Shown here: in pieces, positions 51,724 through 64,000 of the stretch
Position numbering within the stretch: the first letter of the stretch is position 1
Layout: each line of letters starts with the position of its first letter
DNA from: Felis catus
Taxonomy: Eukaryota
NCBI RefSeq assembly: GCF_018350175.1
Contig: NC_058368.1
Span: 67,582,001-67,646,000 of the forward strand
DNA: 64,000 nt
Direction of reading: 5' to 3'
The notes under the pieces: model-generated
The model's database searches: none
Seen by the model: the letters and a program-made list of their open reading frames with translations, nothing else
Told to the model about the DNA's origin: nothing
Made by a program: the position numbers and the translations under genes

Positions 51724-52062
51724 ACAAAAAGTGTTAAATACTATGACTAACTTGAACCAGAAAAAGTTTTTTTTACAGAAACAAAGCATATACAAATCAG
51801 TAAAAAATCAATAGGCTGTTACAGATTTATAAAAAAAAAAAAAAGGGAAAATCAATTAGAATTTTTTTTTTTTTTTTTTACTCTGGAATGAGAAGTGATT
51901 CTTAGTATCACCATTATGCATCTATCAGGCAGGCAGGCTCAAGAGATACGATTTCTGCACAAGTGTTAGTCCCTAAGGAAGGTAAGGTCTGACTAGAAAT
52001 TATGTTCTACCACTTAGTAGCAAGCAGAGAAGAGCCCACTTCTTTAAAAAAAGTAAAATAAA

Positions 52063-52320
52063 AGGGGCTCAGTTGGTTGAGCGTCTGACTTAGGCTCAGG
52101 TCACGATCTCACAGCTTGTGAATTCGAGCCCCGCATCAGGCTCTGTGCTGACAGCTCAGGGCCTGGAGCCTGCTTCGGATTCTGTGTCTCCCTCTCTTTC
52201 TGCCCCTAACCCACTTGCGTTCTGTCTCTCAAAAATAAATAAACATTAAAAAAAAATAAGATTAAAAAATTAAAATGACATAGAATAAAAATATAAAAAA
52301 TAAAAAAATAACAAAAAAAA
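52063..52320 (+). mobile_element. Felid SINEC, slightly 5'-truncated, long A-rich tail
   Basis: GGGGCTCAGTTGGTTGAGCGTCTGACT...TCTCAAAAATAAATAAAC. Confidence 0.9.
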
Positions 52321-53924
52321 AGAGAGAAGAAAAACACAGCATGTAAGGTTTAAGAACAGAATTACTTCCAGGACTCCTATAATTACCATTCACCATCAGC
52401 TGATATTAAAACCCAACTGGTGCAACCTTTTGCTTTCAACCTGTGCAAATAGGATCCTTGCTATATAAAAATTCACTGTTTTTCTATTCTGTGAGTTTAC
52501 ATAATCACTATAGGAAATTTGGGTTCCTCTTTCCCTGTTAAGAGTACCTGAAGTATATTTGTAAAAAAATAATTTTCTTCCTAAATTTCCTTGGTCCGGT
52601 GAATAGTTTTATTAAAAGAGATGCCTCTATGCAACTTGGCCCTACATGTTCATCTTGATTGCTTTTTAATTTTTTTTTTTAATTATATGAAGATAGAGTC
52701 ATGAAAACAATCAATGAAACTCTCGCTTTTGAAATTATGATTTGGAAAACCATTTGTGCAGGACTAAAAAAACTCCCTAATTCCTACCACACTGGCTTTC
52801 AGTTGCATTGAGACCACCGGACTCCTGGCTCTGCTTCCATTTTGGTGCAGCCTGTGTGCCCCGGAGGGCTCCCCATGGGCTACTGTTGGGGCCTCTCCCA
52901 GTAAGGCCGTGTCCATATCCAACTATGACACTTCACCCTGACAGCACTTTACCCAGCTACCTCCTTCACTCGCATGCCCCAGTATCTTAGACTTTACAAA
53001 AGACACTCCCGTAAATTTAGGGTAGGCATTTCCAGCAGAAATTCAGCAGCACAGCAATTCTTATACATGGCTTTACTGTACCCCCTTCCTCGCCCCCAGA
53101 GCAGCAGTCTCTAAAACTTCACTGCTCTTGTGACGTTCCGTCCCACTGTGCAACCCTCACTCTCAGATGGCTTTGTCTCCTCAGTATTTCATTCAGTACA
53201 TGTTTACTGATTACATAGTATGTTCTAGTCACTGGGCCCTGGGCTTGCAAAACTCAACACGAGCCACGATCCCCACTCTTACAGAGGATGTGGACCAGTG
53301 AGAGGGCAGGTAATGAACAGCCAAGCGTAACCAGCATTATGCAGGAGTACACAGTACTATTTCAGCATGTGAAATTAGCACGAACAACTTAATCTCACCT
53401 GGAGGGTTAGGAAGGGATGCCCAGAAGTTCTTTCCAAAGTGTTGCTTTTTCCCCAAAGTAACATTAAAGCCAAGCGCTACAGAGAAGCAGGCACAGGCTA
53501 GGAGAGAAGGGAGGCAGTGTGCAGCAATGCTCAGGAGGAGGCCATGCAGCAACCTGAACTAGTCCGCCTGTGTGGCGGGAACAGAAGAGCAAGGAAAGAA
53601 AAGAGTCGTGAAAGGCAAGACCAAAGAGAAAACAGGGGCCAAGACGGGGCGGGGGGGGGGGGGGGTTGCGGATTACAACACCAGCGATCCTGGCCTTTGC
53701 TGTTACCATGGAGAAATACTGCATACAAGAAAGCCAGGATCAGATCTGTGGTCTAAAACCTCTTACAAAATGCAAGAACCCATCTAGAAAACTTGACGCC
53801 TGTAGGAGCATTAGAAATTCAGCCCCAGCGGTGCTCCATCTTCCCAGGTTTGGTTCTTGCCCCAGCCTTTACCTACAAGGCCAGCTTTCCATTTCTTCAA
53901 ATAGAAATTACGTTCCTTACAATT

Positions 53925-54146
53925 TTTTAAAAAATTTTTTTAACGTTTATTTATTTTTGAGACAGAGAGAGACAGAGCATGAACGGGGGAGGGGCAGAGA
54001 GAGAGGGAGACACAGAATCTGAAGCAGGCTCCAGGCTCTGAGCTGTCAGCACAGAGCCCGACGCGGGGCTCGAACTCACGGACCGCGAGATCATGACCTG
54101 AGCCGAAGTCGGACGCTTAACCGACTGAGCCACCCAGGCGCCCCCC
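53925..54146 (-). mobile_element. Young felid SINEC
   Basis: CpG-rich; TSD CGTTCCTTACAATT 53911-53924 / 54147-54160. Confidence 0.95.
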
Positions 54147-54378
54147 CGTTCCTTACAATTATACCCGCAAGTTTTCTATCCTATAAATCCTGAGAATTCT
54201 CTTTTCTCGTACTTTTCGAAAGGTCAACAGTGGCAATTTAAGTACTGGTGTACAACTTGCGACAGGTCTGAGGGTCTAAAACCCCAATCATGAGTTTATT
54301 TTATTGAGATCATTTATGCATGAGATTATAGTAAAAGTTTCTTGGATCCTATTTTCAAAAACTTACATTCCAACTTAC

Positions 54379-54510
54379 CTTTCTGTCATTATCATATTTA
54401 GAATGAATTCCCAAAATGTCCCAGATATTAGCATCTGGAAAAACATTTAGGAGAACACTCTTCACATTGTCCACAGTGAGTATATTGTCATTCTTCACTT
54501 TTTGGTACAT
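54379..54510 (-). CDS. UGGT2: UGGT2 internal exon (approx. 16), 132 nt, phase 0-0
   Basis: MYQKVKNDNILTVDNVKSVLLNVFPDANIWDILGIHSKYDNDRK; tacag acceptor, GTAAGT donor. Confidence 0.95.
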
Positions 54511-54679
54511 CTGTAGAAATAAAGATTTTATAATTAATTTTCATCTTATGGCAATTAGTTTTCTTTCTTTCCCGGAGTATGCCAGCAGATTTATAAAAAC
54601 AAGCTTCCTACTTTGTAAGTTCTAAGTATACCATATACATACATATATACACACATTCCCCCATTCACAAATAATTTTA

Positions 54680-54892
54680 CTAAAAATTTTTTTTCACATT
54701 TATTTATTTTTGAGAGACAGAGACAGAGCGTGAGCAGGGGAGGGGCAGAGAGAGAGACACAGAATCTGAAGTGCACTCCGGGCTCTCAGCTGTCAGCACA
54801 GAGCCCGATGTGGGGCTCAAACCCAGGAACCATGAGATCATGACCTGAGCCCAAGTCGGATGCTTAACTGACTGAGCCACCCAGGCGCCCCG
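54680..54892 (-). mobile_element. Felid SINEC
   Basis: Full SINE structure ending CCCAGGCGCCCC. Confidence 0.92.
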
Positions 54893-55411
54893 ATAAATAA
54901 ATCATTTTAACCACACAATATTTCTTCTTCCAATAAAGATTGCTTTATGAGTATTCCATAGCTTTCAAAAATACTGTAACAAATTTATGTTATGTTCTAT
55001 TTTGGTCTAACTAGACACAATGATTCTTAGTAAAATGATGGTTTCCGTCATTTAAAAAGGTATGTATAAAATATTTCAAATGCCTTATTTCACAAAGGCT
55101 TTCTTTTCATTCTAGGCTTCCTCTGTACCTCCGTTCTTCACCACCCCACCCCCCGTTCCCACCCCATCTCAAATGTTGTAAGCACACTGGCATGAGGTAG
55201 GCTGTTACTCCTTTATTTTGTTTCACTTGTCCCTCATTGCACACCATGCCAGGCACTCCACTAGGCATGGGGAAAAGGAACTACTCTGCACCAAGAGAGA
55301 AGGCCTCTCTGAGCAGAAATCTCAGCTGAGACATAAACATGAACACAGAGTTAGCATTAAGGCAGAAGAAACCAGTAAAGTACAAGTACCATTAAGTAGC
55401 AGTTTGATATA

Positions 55412-55886
55412 CAGGTATCCCTCGCCTCTCAAAAGTTCACGTTATGCCACTTCTCTATTACAAGAGTGACATCTGTTTTCACCAACCAAAAGACATCCAA
55501 AGAGGATTTTTGCTTTTATGAAAAATGGTAAAAAAAGTGAAAACAGTGTTCAGCATCTGTTTTGCAGTGAGTGAGGACAGTGGCCCCACCAAGCTCCTTC
55601 CCCAGGAACCAAGCACCCCCAGGTGCTTCCCCAGGAGCACCTCAGCATCCAGCCACCAGAGTCTCAATTGTGTCTATGAACATCTGTGCTTAATTTATTT
55701 TGTGCATATCATTAGCAAAGTGTGTCCTAAGGTACCAGAAAAACCTTGAAAGAGGTTAGTTTTTGGTCCTGGAAAATACTAGAAACATTTTTCCATATAA
55801 ACTGATGGTAACTGCTTCTTCACTTCATACCATTTGTGTCTACAAAAGGTTTCAGGAATGCTCTACTTAGGAGTGGGGGAGACCTG
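55412..55886. mobile_element. Tigger-like non-autonomous DNA transposon
   Basis: TA|CAGGTATCCCTCGC ... GTGGGGGAGACCTG|TA imperfect TIRs with TA TSD. Confidence 0.7.
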
Positions 55887-56409
55887 TATTAGTTGAGAGT
55901 ATTATTCTCAGTTTCAATTCACTTGTATCATTATGGCCAGAGACAATAAGGAATCAGCATTCTTCTTCATTTTCATTTTCTCAGTGTAAACCTGGTAACC
56001 TATTCCTTTAAAAAGAGGCAGTCTATAATTAGATCACACAATTTAGTTTTATGAGCTTCTCAATTTATGGGCAGGTTTTCTTCTCATATTGAGCAGCACA
56101 TGCTATGATCTTAGTAACTGAAAAAAAAAGCAAAAATTTCAGCCTTCTATAAAGCATAAACAGGGATTAGAAAAATGATATTTTGAATACGGCAAAAGTT
56201 ATATATGAAAAGTTGCTGAGATTAGTCCTTTTACAAATTAGTCATTTTAAAACAGTAGATATTCCTAAGGTATCTAAGGCAGCTAGAATGTCTAAATTAC
56301 TTAGATATATAATGATCCAATCTTCTCATACAGTAAAAAAAAATTTAAAACTATTACGTAACTCGGTAAGCAAAAACAGCAATTTTGGGTCTCTACTTCT
56401 CCATACAAA

Positions 56410-58220
56410 TTTTATTTATTTTTCTATTCTTTCTTGCTTTATTAAGGTGTAATTGACAAATAACACAATACATTTAAACCGTACAACATGATAATTTGGT
56501 AAATGAACACGCCGTGAAAGAACTGCCACCACTAATTAATATATCCATCGCTGCACACAGGTTTTCTTTTTGGTGAGAACACTAAAATTCCAGTCTTTGC
56601 AAATTTCAGTTACACAGAATAGTATCATCAAACCATAGTCAACATGCTGTATATTAGATCTCCATCACTCATTCCTCTTAAAACTGAAGTTATACTTTTC
56701 GACTAACATTTTCTCACTTTGCCCAGCCCTGTGCCAACCACTTTTCTACTCTCGGTTTCTAGGACTTCAGCTTTTTTAGATTCCACATACAGGTGATATC
56801 ACACAGTATTTGTCTTTGTCTGATACATGTCACTGAGTCTAATGCCTTCCAGATTCACCCATGTTGTTGCAAACGGCAGGATTTCCTTCTTTTTAAAGTC
56901 TGATGTTCTAATTCATGTATATGATGCACCATTTTCTTTGTCCATTCATCCACTGATGGACACTTACATTGTTTCCATACCTTAGCTATCATGAATAATG
57001 TTGCAGTAAACGTGGGAATACAGATAGTTCTTTGAGATACTGATTTCCTTTGGAAATACACCTAGAAGTGGGATTGCTGGTTCAAATTGTAGGAACCTCC
57101 TACAATTTTAATTTCTTGAGGAACCTCCAGACTTTTCCATAATGGCTATACCAGTTATAGTCTCAGAGGGTTCTGTTTTCTTTACATCATGCCAGCATTT
57201 GTTTTCTTGTTTGTTTGATAATAGACACCCGAGGTGAAAGCTCATCGTGGGTTCCGACTTTCATTTCCCTGAGGATTAATCAAGCTGAGCATCTTTTCAT
57301 ACACCTGCTGGTCATCTGTATGTCTTCTTTGGAAAAATTTCCATTCAGATCTACTGCCCATTTAAAAAAAATTTTTTTAAATGTTTTATTTTTGAGAGAG
57401 AGACAGAGCACGAGTGGGGGAGAGGCAGAGAGAGAGAGAGGGAGGGAGACACAGAATCCGAAGCAGGCTCCAGGCTCTGAGCTGTCAGCACAGAGCCCGA
57501 CACAGTGCTCCAACTCACAGGCTGTGAGATCATGACCTAAGTGGAAGTCGATGCTTAACCAACTGAGCTACCCAGGGGCTCTTCTATTGCCCTTTCAAAA
57601 TTTTTTTTTTTCCTTTTGACGTTTATTTATTTTTTAGAGGAAAAAAGAGCGGGAACAGGGTAGGGGCAGAGATAGAGGGAGACACAGAATCCAAAGCAGG
57701 CTCCCAGGCTCCCAGCTGTCAGCACGGGGCTCAAACCCACAAACTGCGGGATCATGACCTGAGCCGAAGTCAGACGCTTAACTGACTGAGCCACCCAGGT
57801 AGCCCTTATTGCCCATTTTTTAAGTGAGTTATTTTTTTGTTTTGTTTTGTTGCTGTTGAGTTGTATGAATTCCTTGTATATTGCAGATATTAATTCCTTA
57901 CCGAACAGGTAGTTTGCAAATATTTTCTCTCATTCCACAGTTGCCATTTCATTTCACTGATGGTTTCCCTTGCTGTGTAGACATATTTCATTTTGATATA
58001 AACCCCCTATTTTTTTTGTTTTTGTTGCCTTTGACTTTGTTGTCAAATCCAAAAACCATTGCCAAGATCAATGACGAAGAGCTTACTTACCCTCTATGCT
58101 TTCTTTTAGGAAACAGTTTCAGGTCTTATGTTCAACTTTTTAATCCATTTTCAGTTAACTTTTGTATATGGTGGAAGACAGGGATCCAGTTTCATCATTT
58201 TGCATGTGGATATTCAGTTG
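56410..58220 (-). mobile_element. Older L1 3' portion carrying two tandem SINECs (57364-57582 and 57597-57805, minus)
   Basis: ORF2-end fragments ([31 protein letters not shown]) and L1 3'UTR; two complete SINEs. Confidence 0.85.
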
Positions 58221-59214
58221 TGCCAATTTACTCCACTCTGCTTCCTATTAATCCTAACTTTATGTTGACAAATGTTAAATTTTAAGTCCCAAATTAGATC
58301 CATTTCATCCTCTGCTCCTTTGTACAGTTATTGTCATTTGTACTACATCTATATGTTAAAATCTGCTTTAGTCAATCTTGTGCAATTCAAACACAATAAA
58401 ATATATTCATATAGCCTTTTATATTCACCCGTATATTTACATTTTTATTTATGGTTACCATTTCATTTTTGTGTGTGAATTTGAGTTACCATCTGGTGTC
58501 ATTTCCTTTCAGCCTAAAGGATTTCTTTGTATTTCTTCTTCTTGGTATTTCTCCTGAAGTAGCACGGAATCGGAAGGATCCTAGTTCATGTTACTTCTTG
58601 TTGAACTTCTGAAAATAAACTTATTTCATGTTGTTTGTCCACTTTTGTGCTTATGGTGAGATGGTTAATGTGTTGTCAGTTACCTCTCATGGCCAGAAGT
58701 TAAAGTCTTAAGGTACTTTTGCATTCTCAAACATGCATTCAACAAATATTCATCAACTATGTAATATCCTATTTTTTGGATCTTAATCTTGTAAGGTAGG
58801 AAGAGAAAATCAAATCACTTGTAAGTTTGTATAGCCAGTGTGGAGAGCTGAGATACAAAGTCAATTGTTTTGCTATAAATACTGTACTTACTCTACCATA
58901 ACTCTCTAACACATTTCAATAATTTTCATAGACTTTTATAATTTTGTCTGCTATAATATTTCTTTCTCCTGATACTATATTTTCAAATTATTTCATATAG
59001 ATAAAATAATTTTCTCATGAAAGCATTGGAATAATATTAAAGAGACTTTATAGTTCAGGTATTTTACTAAAAGACTAAATTTTGCTCAAATTATTCTGAA
59101 TTAGTGAAGCTAAGTCACCTAAAGGATACATTTCCAAGAGAATGGTATTAGCTCAATCATGTTTTACTTTTCCATGGGCTATTGAAATTTTAGGGTCAAG
59201 AGCATACATTGTTG

Positions 59215-59421
59215 GTTTTTTTAATGTTTATTTATTTTTGAGAGTGAGACAGAGAGAGCACAAGCTGGGAAGGGGCAGAGACGGAGGGAGACACAGAATC
59301 CAAAGAAGGCTCCAGGCTCTGAGCTGTCAGTACAGAGCTTGACGCTGGGCTTGAAATCACCGTGAGATCATGACCTGAGCCAAAGTCGAATGCTTAGCCA
59401 ACTGAGCCACCCAGGTGCCCC
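59215..59421 (-). mobile_element. Felid SINEC
   Basis: Diverged TSD CAAGA(G/C)CATACAT(T/A)GTT. Confidence 0.9.
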
Positions 59422-60311
59422 AAGACCATACATAGTTTGAATAACCATGACCATTCTCACACTTCAGACCCTGGTGAATTCTAGTATGTTATAGGTATTC
59501 CTTCCTCATTCATTTTCCCCTCTCTTTCCTCTAATAAGTTAGCACAACTTGTAGGCTATGGCACACATTTAATACTTTTATGCTGCTTCGTAGTGAATCC
59601 TATGGTTTCAAATGTAATTTGTTTTTCTAAGATACTACAGTACTACGCTGAACATCACAGTAGATAATTCAAAAGGCAAGCAATTGAGAAATATGCCATC
59701 ACATGCAAATTAATGTCTGATATAAAAGTCAAAGGAGAGAATTAAGATTACTTAGGTAAAGAGAATTTCAAAGGTCTTCAAGTTTTGTTAGTTTTGAATG
59801 TCATACTGATCCTTTTACGATAAGGTAGCCGGACTTCAATAAAAGATATGTCAATCTGAAGTCGTTATAAACTCTTACACTAATCAGTTAGTAAAACAGA
59901 CTGAGATACAAGAATGACACATATTCCACAGCACTCTTTTACAGAACAAAGTGTATCCCCAAGTCACTGAGGTGCAGGTTGTTTCTGTGTCCCAGGACAG
60001 TGAATGAATGAGGTATTTAGTGGTTTTCCCGGGGCTACAGAAGCAGGGTAGGGAGTTTACAGGGCTTTGGTAATTTCATTCTCACTTTGAAGAAGAACCA
60101 GTCCTTGTTGTAATAACGGTTGAAAGCAAAAGACCAATGAATTAATGAAACTAGTTTTTAATCTATGATCTGACGTCCTTAATAATAACAATATAGTTCT
60201 TTAATATATCTTTTCCATGATGGGCCATAGTAGTTTCAAAACCTCAATTACAAAATAATCTTCTCACCTCTTGTTCTTTAATCAGGTGTTTACCAACTTC
60301 TAACTTTTCTT

Positions 60312-60530
60312 TTAATTTTTTTTTCCCAACATTTATTTATTTTTGGGACACAGAGAGACAGAGCATGAATGGGGGAGGGGCAGAGAGAGAGGGAGACACA
60401 GAATCGGAAACAGGCTCCAGGCTCTGAGCCATCAGCCCAGAGCCCGACGTGGGGCTCCAACTCACGGACCGCGAGATCGTGACCTGGCTGAAGTCGGACG
60501 CTTAACCGACTGCGCCACCCAGGCGCCCCA
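60312..60530 (-). mobile_element. Young felid SINEC
   Basis: Perfect 20-bp TSD ACCAACTTCTAACTTTTCTT 60292-60311 / 60531-60550. Confidence 0.95.
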
Positions 60531-61054
60531 ACCAACTTCTAACTTTTCTTATACCATCTATTTATCAAACTCAGTACCCATCCTACCATTTCCCCCTCAA
60601 TTTGCTGTCATGAAGTGATCTCCTTCTCCTTTGAAATTCTCTAAGGAGGGTCTACATATTTTGTCATTTAGAATGTTTAACTTTGCAGTAACCTCTTTTA
60701 TTCATAATCTTGTTCAAGACCTCATTCAAGAATTCATCCTTGACTAATCATTTTCTATGAGTATGTTTTCTTCTAAACTTCTATATACAATCTAAATTCC
60801 ATTAGTGGCTGAATAAACCCAAGAAAATTCATCCACTCTGGCAGAGTCTCAGTTGCCTAATTTGTAAAGTGGGGACGACATTATGTATTTCAGGTAGAAG
60901 CTGCAAGAATTAAATTCATCATCTGTATTAATCCTCACAATCATTTTTTTATAAACTTTGAAAGATAAAAATAATAAATGATAGTAATTACAGGAATAGT
61001 GCAGGAAAACCCACTATACTTTCTAAAGAAATTATACCTCATGCACACACTCAC

Positions 61055-61190
61055 ATGTACTACAGAAAGAAACGCTTGTGACACATCCTGTTCTTCTGCA
61101 ATATAGTTGAAAGCTCGCCAAAGAGCGACACCGACATCATCTGCTCCATCAACTTCATCATCTGTGTTAACAACGAACACAAAACCAATT
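61055..61190 (-). CDS. UGGT2: UGGT2 internal exon (approx. 15), 136 nt, phase 2-0
   Basis: (R)IGFVFVVNTDDEVDGADDVGVALWRAFNYIAEEQDVSQAFLSVVH, inside ORF 60941..61246; cccag acceptor, GTGAGT donor. Confidence 0.96.
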
Positions 61191-61748
61191 CTGGGAAAAG
61201 AAAGTGAAGAAGGAATGTCACAACTACCCCCCTGAGTCACAACCAACCACCATTTTTAAACATTACTAGACTATAACATCTAGATGGACGGAATGTGTTA
61301 ATAGAGGGGGGAGGGGAAGTACTTAATTTGAAAAGGTTTGATTTGTAATGTCTATTCACCAACATCCGCCTACCTATTGGATTTTTCCAAACTGTCAAAC
61401 TCTCTCTGGTGGTGATATTATTAAATGATTGTGTTTTTCGAAGAAAAAAAAAGGGAAAGTGTATTCTTAACCCAATCCCAGGGAAATGGATCCATCTATA
61501 AGCACCCAAAGTGATGAGATCACTCTCTCAGGAAATAACGGGATAAATGAGATTACCAAGCAGCTTTGATTAACATAGTCGATCATAAAGGTAAATGATA
61601 CTTCACAACAGAGCTGTGTTGTGTTGGGCATTAGAGACCACCACTGCTTTGAATCCCACATTAACACTCGATGCAATACTCCTTAATACAACATGAATTT
61701 CACAGATTTCCTTCAGTTGATAGTTTAATGTTATAAACTGACGATTAC

Positions 61749-61834
61749 CTAAGAGGCATTTTGTGATAATAGAGAAGTTCAGCAAGTTTTATAAAGTCCA
61801 AGGTATATTCTTGGGCAGGATCAATAAACAGAAC
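61749..61834 (-). CDS. UGGT2: UGGT2 internal exon (approx. 14), 86 nt, phase 0-2
   Basis: VLFIDPAQEYTLDFIKLAELLYYHKMPL+AG; ttttag acceptor, GTAATC donor. Confidence 0.95.
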
Positions 61835-62661
61835 CTAAAAGAAAGTAGATAGTTTATAATCACTATTTTGTTTTAACATTTTGGAATTTTCATGAAATTC
61901 AAGTTTAGTCTGATTCCTGTAACTAAAAGTATGAAATTCAAGGTACAATCTTTTTTTAAAGAAATTTCTAGCAATACTAAAGAATTTTATATAAGAACTT
62001 CACAGATAATGAAGGATTTCTAAAGGCTGCACATCTGAATAAGACATGGAATTTAATTACCAGATTATTCATCCTCTTTCTGAACCACAGCACAAAGAAA
62101 ATTTTTTTATGTGAAGTGAAATATCATATTTTAAATGTGCACTGGATTTTAATATTTTTAAAAGATAGTAATTGAATTTTGAAAAAAATAGCATTAACAT
62201 AACTGCTCTCTCTACCTTGCTGTAGGAAATTTGTCTTTGTGGGAAAAAAGTATTTTCTACACATTTCAAAGTTCTATAAGGTTATTTAATATTGTAATAG
62301 TGAACTCAGACATGGATGGTAAAGTGATATTTATGTGTTTTTCCCTGAAATGTACTAAACTTTAATCATTAGTTCTTTATTATACAGAAGGAAAAAGTTC
62401 AATCAAATTCCTTTCAGAAAATGTAAAAGTAACTCACCACCAATATCATATTGGTATTATAAAAGCACATGTAAACAAGAAGAGGCAGATTATGTGACAC
62501 TGCTGGCTTTGGACAGTCAGTCATGCCACCTTAAGCTTGTTGCATCAGGTAAGTATTTCCTTCTTATTACACAGATGTCTATTTACCAAGAACAAGGTAA
62601 TCCAAAAAGAATGCTGACATCTCTATAAAAGATGTATATAAAATGTCAAAATAAAACTCAC

Positions 62662-62781
62662 CAAATTATGAAAATTACGCCTTATGGAAGGTACAGTTCC
62701 AGGGAACACTGGCTTTAGAAGCTCCTGGCAACTTGTAGGCCATGTAACGTATAGATCATCATTTTCTAGGTCATTGATCCA
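62662..62781 (-). CDS. UGGT2: UGGT2 internal exon (approx. exon 13), 120 nt, phase 0-0
   Basis: Reads WINDLENDDLYVTWPTSCQELLKPVFPGTVPSIRRNFHNL; ctag acceptor, GTGAGT donor; matches recalled UGGT2 protein. Confidence 0.95.
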
Positions 62782-63044
62782 CTAGAAAAGAATCCAGAAA
62801 TCTTTAAGTATATTAACACTTAAATCATCTTCAAAGCCAATTTTTATTCTATCAAACAAGTAAAATCATACACAGAAATTTATATATTTCTGATTAAATG
62901 GAAGAAGCCAGTTGAATATTCTTTACATTAAGGAATACATCATGTACAACAATTTTTATTACCATGGCCTTTAAGAGTAAGCCTTCCCCCGCCAGAACAA
63001 CTGATTTCTATTCAGGTTTGTTTTTCATATTAAAAAATAAAATT

Positions 63045-63232
63045 GGGGGTGCCTGGGTGGTTCTGTCAGTTGAGGGCCTGCCTCTAGATTTCAGCTCAAG
63101 TCGTGGTCTCATGGTTGTGGGATCAAGCCCCTCATCAGACTCTACGCTGGGTGTGGATCCTGCTTAAGATTCTCTCTCTCCCTCTCCCAGTAGCCTCCCC
63201 CAACCCTCGCATGTGTTCTCTCTCAATAAAAA
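63045..63232 (+). mobile_element. Older SINEC
   Basis: GGGGTGCCTGGGTGGTTCTGTCAGTTGAG head, CT region, AATAAA. Confidence 0.87.
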
Positions 63233-64000
63233 TGAATAGGTAAGATTGCATAGAAATTACTCTCCATAAACTATTTGAGAGACATAAGTGTTTATCTTAA
63301 TTATCAGCAGTAGAGGAGGCAATGAGGTCCTCCACCTCCCTTCTCAAATTTAAACCCTCAGACATAAGGAAAATAAAACATGATACCTTGGAAGGCCAAT
63401 TAGAATCAAGAGGTAACTACTTACACTAGACTAAGCCGCCTGCCTGAAACATGCTAAAAGCGGGCGGAAAACATATAAACCTTTGTTTACATGGAGGTAA
63501 GGTCAACCAACAATCAAGAGTCAAGGAGTTACAATCCTTGAAAGCAGGAGGCATTAAGGGAAAAGCTCCAAGCTCACCTCAATTCTATCCCTAGGGGCAT
63601 TTTCAAAATTGCAGCCTGGAAGAACTAATTTAAACTGAAAGTGACAGCCATATTGTGCTGGAAAGACAGAAGTTAAAATTAGGGTTTCCTAAATGGTAGG
63701 AACTGGGCCAGGGTGGGGGTGGGGAGAATCCAGGAGAGGAGGAAACTGCAGGGAAGAAAACAAACCATCTTTATACAAATTCCTCTCATTTGCTGACTAC
63801 TAACCTGCACACGTGAGCATACACACACATACTCACCTCAACACTGCCAAAAAAAAAAAAAAAAAAAAAAAAAAAAGAAGCTAGGGGGAATTGACACTGG
63901 GAAGTTGAAACTGCAGCCAGGGCATGGTAATAAGGAGACAGAAGTTGAAGTTCAAAGTGTTAAGACTTTGGTAAACACTGTGCTTTGAGAAAAGGAGAGG

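Noticed and set aside
62545..62557. Strong plus-strand donor CAG|GTAAGT suggesting an antisense exon
   Set aside because: Isolated motif expected by chance in 64 kb; no supported exon

Overview
Mammalian genomic DNA, almost certainly from a felid (cat-type SINEC and L1 elements throughout). The window lies inside UGGT2 (UDP-glucose:glycoprotein glucosyltransferase 2), transcribed on the minus strand. I mapped 15 consecutive internal coding exons by hand (62781 down to 4222; 1884 nt = 628 codons). All have GT-AG boundaries and matching phases, giving one uninterrupted frame; by recalled human exon sizes they are roughly exons 13-27. Neither gene end is in the window. The rest is intron packed with repeats: about 23 carnivore SINEs, two 5'-inverted (twin-primed) L1s, short L1 tails, older L1/L2, MaLR LTRs, an ERV LTR with a tRNA-Leu-like PBS, and Tigger/hAT fossils. 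I see no convincing new multi-gene system. The best oddities are a diverged intronic copy of part of a UGGT2 exon, mutually complementary L1/SINE pairs bracketing exons, a triplicated SINE target site, and templated-insertion scars. Repeat family names and human comparisons come from recall, not searches; repeat boundaries are approximate unless TSDs are quoted.
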